Shown here: in pieces, positions 58,862 to 64,000 of the stretch | How the letters are laid out: every line of letters starts with the position of its first letter | How positions within the stretch are numbered: the first letter of the stretch is position 1 | Origin: Flavobacteriaceae bacterium UBA5950 | Lineage (GTDB): Bacteria; Bacteroidota; Bacteroidia; Flavobacteriales; Flavobacteriaceae | Assembly: GCA_002430545.1 (NCBI GenBank) | Contig: DJCM01000013.1 | Coordinates: 28,620-92,619, forward strand | Reading direction: 5' to 3' | DNA length: 64,000 nucleotides | Program-made: the position numbers and the translations under genes | Notes under the pieces: model-generated | Told to the model about the DNA's origin: nothing | What the model saw: the letters and a program-made list of their open reading frames with translations, nothing else | The model's database searches: none

Positions 58862-60208
58862 ATGGCGAAAGTAAAAACAGCTTTTTTTTGTAAAAACTGT
58901 GGCACACAGTACAGCAAGTGGCAAGGGCAATGCCATGCTTGTAAAGAATGGAATACCATAGCAGAAGAGATTTTGCAAAAATCAAAAACCGAACCTTGGC
59001 AAGCACCCAAAGAATCACTAGCAAGCATTCCTATTCCCATTGAAGAGGTTTCTGAAAGTCAACAAGCGCGCTTGGCGACAAAAGATGCCGAACTCGATCG
59101 AGTTTTGGGCGGTGGAGTGGTACCTGGATCGTTGGTATTATTGGCTGGAGAACCTGGGGTTGGTAAGTCCACACTACTCCTCCAACTGGCATTGGAAGTC
59201 GACTACCCAGCACTATACGTCTCAGGGGAGGAAAGCCTCACACAAATCAAGTTGCGAAGCAATCGAATGAGCAGTGGAAATTCACAATGTTATTTGCTCA
59301 ACGAAGCCAATGTGGAAAACATCCTTGCGCAAGCACAAAAACTCAAACCCAAACTTTTGATTGTCGATTCCATTCAGACCTTACAAACCAATTTGATTGA
59401 CAGTGGTGCTGGAAGTGTATCACAAGTGCGAGAATCCACTTCCTTGCTACAGCGATTTGCAAAGCAGGTGAATCTCCCCATTTTTGTCGTTGGTCACATC
59501 ACCAAGGATGGAATGATTGCAGGTCCCAAAATTCTTGAGCATATGGTCGATGTGGTCTTGCATTTTGAAGGGGATCGAAACTATATGTATCGCATTTTGC
59601 GTACGCCCAAAAATCGCTTCGGATCGACCTCTGAATTGGGGATTTATGAGATGGAATCCAAAGGGCTTCGCGTTGTAGACAATCCCAGTGAATTGTTGAT
59701 TTCCTCAACAAGTCGCAACCAAAGTGGTCATGCAATTGCAGCCACTCTCGAGGGAATGCGACCCATGTTGATTGAATGTCAAGCCCTGGTGAGCTCTGCA
59801 GTCTATGGCACCCCTCAGCGAAGCACCACTGGCTTTAATGTCAAACGACTGAACATGTTATTGGCAGTTCTCGAAAAACGAGTAGGGTTCAAACTGGGTG
59901 AAAAAGATGTGTTTCTAAACCTTGCAGGAGGCATACGGATTGAAGATCCCGCACTCGACCTAGCAGTAGCTGCTGCCATACTGTCGAGTAGTTTGGACGT
60001 GGTAATTCCTGAGAAATATTGCTTTGCTGCTGAAGTAGGGCTTTCGGGTGAGTTGCGCAATGTTCCTCGAGTTGAACAGCGTATGCAAGAAGCCGAAAAA
60101 CTTGGATTCAAAACACTAATCGTGGCTCAAAAAAGTAAACTCCCGGCCTCCAAACTCGAAGTTATCGCGCTTGATAATATTCGTGGATTGGTGGAGCTGT
60201 TGTTCTAA
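58862..60208 (+). CDS. radA: DNA repair protein RadA
   Basis: Zn-finger FFCKNCGTQYSKWQGQCHACKEWNT, Walker A GEPGVGKST, Lon-like C-terminal domain. The track start at 58754 overlaps the upstream gene. Confidence 0.96.
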   Translation: MAKVKTAFFCKNCGTQYSKWQGQCHACKEWNTIAEEILQKSKTEPWQAPKESLASIPIPIEEVSESQQARLATKDAELDRVLGGGVVPGSLVLLAGEPGVGKSTLLLQLALEVDYPALYVSGEESLTQIKLRSNRMSSGNSQCYLLNEANVENILAQAQKLKPKLLIVDSIQTLQTNLIDSGAGSVSQVRESTSLLQRFAKQVNLPIFVVGHITKDGMIAGPKILEHMVDVVLHFEGDRNYMYRILRTPKNRFGSTSELGIYEMESKGLRVVDNPSELLISSTSRNQSGHAIAATLEGMRPMLIECQALVSSAVYGTPQRSTTGFNVKRLNMLLAVLEKRVGFKLGEKDVFLNLAGGIRIEDPALDLAVAAAILSSSLDVVIPEKYCFAAEVGLSGELRNVPRVEQRMQEAEKLGFKTLIVAQKSKLPASKLEVIALDNIRGLVELLF

Positions 60209-61242
60209 GGTGCTGGATTTGAAAACTGCTTCTGAACCAGGTCGATTTCTTCGAAAATATCGTCTGATAAAGTCAGTGCTGCCGATGCGATATTCTCTTT
60301 GAGTTGTGGCATCGTCGTCGCGCCGATGATATTGGAGGTCACAAAAGGTTGGTCGGTGACAAAAGCCAAGGACATTTGCGCCAGCGACAATCCATGTTTT
60401 TCAGCAATAGCAGCATAAAGCTCAGTCGCTTGTAGGGACTCTTCACTGTTGTATCGTGCCATTCTTGGAAACAACTGAAGACGGCTATTTTTGGGGCGTT
60501 TTCCACCGCGATATTTTCCCGACAAAACCCCAAAAGCCATAGGCGAATAGGCCAATAAACCCAACTGCTCACGATGAGCAACTTCGGCATTGCCCACTTC
60601 AAACTTGCGATTGAGAAGCGAATAGGGATTCTGAATGGTTTTCATTCGAGGGAGGTTTTTGAATTCCGATAGCGCAATGTATTTCATCGCACCCCAAGGA
60701 GACTCATTCGAGAGTCCAATATGTCTGATTTTACCTGCTTTGATGCACTGGTATAAGGTGTGTAAAATCTCTTCAAAATTTTCCTTCCACTCTTCATTCT
60801 CTTGCGGAACATACCCCAATGTTCCAAAAAAATTGGAATTGCGCTCTGGCCAGTGCAACTGGTATAAATCGATGTAGTCGGTCTTGAGTCGTTGCAAACT
60901 CCCATCCAATGCCTGATGGATGCTTTCTGGCGAAAATCCAGTACTGCGGATATGTGCTGTATAAGCACCTGGACCTGCTATTTTGGTGGCCAAAACCACC
61001 TGTTCACGATTGTTTCGTGAAGCAAACCAATTGCCAATGATACGCTCCGTTTCTGCATAGGTATCGGCATTTGCTGGTACAGGATACAATTCTGCCGTGT
61101 CGAAGAAATTTACCCCTTCCGAAAGGGAATAATCCATTTGTTCAAAACCCTCCGCTTGGGTATTTTGATTACCCCAAGTCATGGTGCCTAAGCAGATTTT
61201 ACTCACACGAACATCCGAGTGAGGTAAAGTGGTGTATTTCAT
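60205..61242 (-). CDS. NADP(H)-dependent aldo/keto reductase (Tas-like)
   Basis: VSKICLGTMTWG...FFDTAELYP...YIDLYQLHWP. Confidence 0.9.
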   Translation of the reverse strand: MKYTTLPHSDVRVSKICLGTMTWGNQNTQAEGFEQMDYSLSEGVNFFDTAELYPVPANADTYAETERIIGNWFASRNNREQVVLATKIAGPGAYTAHIRSTGFSPESIHQALDGSLQRLKTDYIDLYQLHWPERNSNFFGTLGYVPQENEEWKENFEEILHTLYQCIKAGKIRHIGLSNESPWGAMKYIALSEFKNLPRMKTIQNPYSLLNRKFEVGNAEVAHREQLGLLAYSPMAFGVLSGKYRGGKRPKNSRLQLFPRMARYNSEESLQATELYAAIAEKHGLSLAQMSLAFVTDQPFVTSNIIGATTMPQLKENIASAALTLSDDIFEEIDLVQKQFSNPAP

Positions 61243-62009
61243 AAATCCATGTTCAAAGTGACGCCAACAGGACAGTGGTCAGAATGGACAGCTTGGGGTA
61301 AGATAAACGCTCTTTCTATGTGTTTGGTTAAGGGTTCGGAAACCATTGCGTAGTCGATACGCCAGCCCTTATTGTTAGCACGAGCATTGGCGCGGTAGCT
61401 CCACCAGCTATAGTGGTGAGGGTCTTCATTAAGATGACGGAATGAATCCGAAAATCCCTGTTTGATAAATCCATCTAGCCAAGCACGCTCTTCGGGTAAA
61501 AAGCCAGAGACCTTGGCGTTTCTCACGGGGTCATGGATGTCGATAGCTTCGTGGCAGATATTATAGTCTCCGCAAATCACCAAATTGGGATATTCAATTT
61601 TGAGTTCGTTGATATAGATTTGAAAATCATCCATATAGGTAAACTTAAACGCCAAACGCTTGGGATTGGTTCCCGAAGGTAGGTATAAGCTCATGACCGA
61701 TACCCCGTCGAAATCGACACGGAGGTTACGCCCTTCGTTGTCCATATAGTCGATGCCGGTTCCATAGACCACCTTGATTGGCTCTTGCTTGCACAATACC
61801 GCCACTCCACTATATCCCTTTTTTTGGGCGGGATACCAAAAGTTGTGGTGATACCCCAATTCTTTAAACACACAAGGGTCAAATTGATCGAGTGTGGCTT
61901 TGATTTCTTGTAGACAGAGGACATCAGGAGAAGCTGCTTGTAGCCATGTTAAAAAATCTTTGCGTAATGCTGCGCGAATGCCATTAACGTTATAGGAGAT
62001 AATCTTCAT
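61239..62009 (-). CDS. xth: exodeoxyribonuclease III
   Basis: MKIISYNVNGIRAA...VLCLQEIK...SDHCPV. Confidence 0.95.
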   Translation of the reverse strand: MKIISYNVNGIRAALRKDFLTWLQAASPDVLCLQEIKATLDQFDPCVFKELGYHHNFWYPAQKKGYSGVAVLCKQEPIKVVYGTGIDYMDNEGRNLRVDFDGVSVMSLYLPSGTNPKRLAFKFTYMDDFQIYINELKIEYPNLVICGDYNICHEAIDIHDPVRNAKVSGFLPEERAWLDGFIKQGFSDSFRHLNEDPHHYSWWSYRANARANNKGWRIDYAMVSEPLTKHIERAFILPQAVHSDHCPVGVTLNMDL

Positions 62010-62043
62010 ACTTGCTAAAATACAAAGTCACTATACAATTTTA

Positions 62044-62051
62044 TATTTTTG
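62044..62051 (+). promoter_or_regulatory. candidate -7 box (TATTTTTG) upstream of the 197-aa OM-like gene
   Basis: Exact match, 21 nt before ATG 62073. Confidence 0.4.
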
Positions 62052-62072
62052 TTTTAACTATAAACCAAAAAA

Positions 62073-62666
62073 ATGAAAAGAATACTATTTTTTACACCCA
62101 TATTTTTTATGCTTGCTTCTGTGAACGCCCAGGAACAAGAAGTGCCAGCTGTTCCTGAAGTACCCGCAATCTATGAGGATAAAGAGGAGGAAAAAGTAAT
62201 CAAAGTTGAAGTTGTAAATAATTCGTCTCTTGACGCTGCATATCCAAAAGGTGAAAACGAACTTAGAGTAAATGCCCTGAGTTTTTTAACTGTTAGTGAC
62301 ATAAACATATTTTATGAAAGGATATTGAACAGGTCAAGCAGCTTTGGCCTTTCAATGTTTATAAATGGAGGTGATGACGTTGGTGATATTACTGATAGGA
62401 AATTTGCTATAAACCCTTACTACAGATTTTACTTTTACAATTCAAAAGAATATGGTGCAAGAGGTTTTTTTGTTGAGGGCTTCAGTTCTTTTGCATCACT
62501 TGAGAGTGAATCTCTTCAAGTTTCCCTTGGAATGTCAATTGGTCAGAAATGGGTTAATACCAATGGTTTTTCTTTTGAATTATTTTTGGGACTATCTCGT
62601 TATATAACAGGATCAGATAATGAACTATATGTACCAGTAGGGATTGCAATTGGAAAAAGGTTTTAA
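62073..62666 (+). CDS. hypothetical outer-membrane beta-barrel-like protein
   Basis: Signal peptide (...MLASVNAQ), alternating hydrophobic strands, C-terminal ...IAIGKRF ending in Phe. Confidence 0.5.
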   Translation: MKRILFFTPIFFMLASVNAQEQEVPAVPEVPAIYEDKEEEKVIKVEVVNNSSLDAAYPKGENELRVNALSFLTVSDINIFYERILNRSSSFGLSMFINGGDDVGDITDRKFAINPYYRFYFYNSKEYGARGFFVEGFSSFASLESESLQVSLGMSIGQKWVNTNGFSFELFLGLSRYITGSDNELYVPVGIAIGKRF

Positions 62667-62671
62667 GCTCA

Positions 62672-64000
62672 TTAGGCTTTTAATAACCAATGTTTTATGT
62701 TTAACTTAGTATCTAAATGTTGAGATAATTCTTTTGTTGGTACTCGAACTTGCTCCATGGAGTCTCTTTCACGTAGGGTAACTGTTTGGTCTTCCAAGGT
62801 TTGGTGATCGACCGTTACACAGTATGGTGTTCCAAGCGCGTCTTGTCGTCTATATCGGCGTCCAACCGCATCTTTCTCGTCATAAGCTGTCGAGTAATCC
62901 CATTTTAAATCCACAACCAAATCACGAGCAAGATCCGGCAAACCATCCTTTTTAACCAAGGGTAAAATGGCAATCTGAGTCGGTGCCAAAACGGCTGGTA
63001 ACCGCAGTACCGTACGTGTGTTCCCGTCCTCGAGTTGCTCTTCTTGCAAGCTGTGAGAAAGCACCGCCAAAAACATACGATCCAGTCCGATTGAGGTTTC
63101 CAACACATATGGATTATAGCTTTCGTTGCGCTCTGGGTCAAAATACTGTAGTTTTTTACCCGCATACTTTTCATGACTGCCCAAGTCAAAATCCGTTCGG
63201 GAGTGGATACCCTCTAATTCTTTAAATCCAAATGGGAATTTAAACTCAATATCACATGCAGCGTCAGCATAGTGTGCTAGTTTTTCATGATCGTGAAATC
63301 GATAGTTTTCTACACCCATTCCCAAAGACAAGTGCCAATTGAGGCGTGTTTTTTTCCAATGGTCATACCATTTTTTCTGAGATCCGGGTGGGATGAAAAA
63401 CTGCATCTCCATTTGCTCAAATTCCCTCATGCGAAAGATAAATTGACGTGCCACAATTTCGTTGCGAAATGCCTTTCCCGTTTGGGCAATTCCAAAGGGA
63501 ATTTTCATACGCCCGGATTTTTGTACATTCAAAAAGTTGACAAAAATCCCTTGCGCTGTTTCTGGACGTAGGTAAAGGTCTGTTGCATGATCTGCAGATG
63601 CGCCAAGCTTCGTGCCAAACATCAAGTTGAACTGCTTGACATCTGTCCAGTTTTTTGAGCCAGAAAATGGACAAACAATTTCCAATTCTTCAATGAGGGC
63701 TTTCACGTCAGCGAGATCTTCTGCCTCCAATGACTTTGCCATTCGAGTACTAATGACAGCTGCTTTTTCTCGATAGCCAACCACACGAGGATTGGTCGAC
63801 ATAAACTGCTCTTTGTCAAAAGCATCCCCAAATCGCTTGGCAGCTTTCTTGACTTCTTTTTCGATTTTACCCTCTAGTTTGGCAATATAGTCCTCAATTA
63901 ACACATCGGCGCGATAACGTTTTTTGGAATCTTTATTATCAATCAACGGATCGTTGAAGGCATCCACATGACCTGATGCTTTCCAGGTGGTGGGGTGCAT
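62672..64000 (-). CDS. glyQS: glycine--tRNA ligase (dimeric class II type), N-terminus outside the window
   Basis: ...TWKASGHVDAFNDPLIDNK..., FRNEI, GIGLDR-type motif (SIGLDRMFLAVL). The Met at 64000 is internal. Confidence 0.93.
   Translation of the reverse strand: MHPTTWKASGHVDAFNDPLIDNKDSKKRYRADVLIEDYIAKLEGKIEKEVKKAAKRFGDAFDKEQFMSTNPRVVGYREKAAVISTRMAKSLEAEDLADVKALIEELEIVCPFSGSKNWTDVKQFNLMFGTKLGASADHATDLYLRPETAQGIFVNFLNVQKSGRMKIPFGIAQTGKAFRNEIVARQFIFRMREFEQMEMQFFIPPGSQKKWYDHWKKTRLNWHLSLGMGVENYRFHDHEKLAHYADAACDIEFKFPFGFKELEGIHSRTDFDLGSHEKYAGKKLQYFDPERNESYNPYVLETSIGLDRMFLAVLSHSLQEEQLEDGNTRTVLRLPAVLAPTQIAILPLVKKDGLPDLARDLVVDLKWDYSTAYDEKDAVGRRYRRQDALGTPYCVTVDHQTLEDQTVTLRERDSMEQVRVPTKELSQHLDTKLNIKHWLLKA

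Noticed and set aside
62073-62666. Possible horizontally acquired gene (appeared AT-rich, AGR Arg codons)
   Set aside because: Hand counts gave about 34-40% G+C per 100 nt, against about 31% in the adjacent glyQS 3' end. AGA codons also occur in polA. There are no flanking repeats, tRNA junction or integrase.
1-64000. Search for mobile elements, integrases or transposases, inverted terminal repeats, CRISPR arrays, restriction-modification, toxin-antitoxin or other defence or accessory islands
   Set aside because: Every ORF over 60 aa that is not an antisense shadow is either assigned to a housekeeping or conserved family, or is one of a few small hypothetical proteins (71, 207 and 197 aa) embedded between such genes. 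No repeat arrays or insertion scars were seen by eye. The window appears to be core genome.

Overview
Gene-dense core-genome segment, about 54 CDS plus one tRNA, with intergenic spacers mostly under 200 nt. It is from a Bacteroidota organism, probably Flavobacteriia-like. The evidence is the SprA/T9SS translocon, an alternative complex III (ACIII) operon fused to aa3-type cytochrome oxidase genes, a DUF4270/half-size GT5/panC neighbourhood, TAnnTTTG promoter boxes, and no Shine-Dalgarno sequences but A-rich stretches before start codons. GC looks moderately low by eye (not computed).

Contents in order:
- MacB-type ABC exporter: ATPase plus two FtsX permeases. The last permease is truncated by the window edge and is missing from the ORF track.
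- Cytochrome oxidase biogenesis and accessory cluster: small CxxC protein, DUF420, SCO1, a Cys-less SCO paralog, CoxIV, two CoxIII paralogs, heme O synthase.
- TonB-like protein, VanZ, gcvH, sprA (7.3 kb), ruvA, queG, ruvB.
- coxI-coxII and actFEDCBA, apparently one long minus-strand operon.
- SPOR protein, then infB-nusA-rimP.
- Fatty-acid hydroxylase family protein, tRNA-Gln(UUG), a large DUF2723 (GT-C-like) membrane protein, a Cys-less thioredoxin-fold protein.
- polA, rplM-rpsI, rpsB-tsf, pyrH-frr, MMPL/RND transporter, asnS, rpoN.
- DUF4270 lipoprotein plus half-size GT5, panC-panD, UPF0104 membrane protein, radA, aldo-keto reductase, xth, a small outer-membrane-like protein, glyQS (partial).

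I found no mobile elements, CRISPR arrays, toxin-antitoxin or defence islands, or pseudogenes. I do not see a convincing new multi-gene system. The window is ordinary housekeeping DNA.

The best leads are individual features:
- degenerate (Cys-less) SCO and thioredoxin paralogs;
- a CxxC mini-protein in the oxidase assembly cluster;
- a His/Asp-rich loop in ActF;
- a roughly 110-aa insertion in CoxIII;
- a terminator-like hairpin in the rimP-nusA-infB leader;
- the DUF2723 candidate glycosyltransferase;
- ribosomal protein S2 with a Rho_N/SAP-like tail;
- -7 promoter boxes placed only 4-15 nt from start codons.

Several ORF-track N-termini are artefactual extensions from upstream TTG/GTG codons. 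I corrected these and say so in the evidence for each feature.
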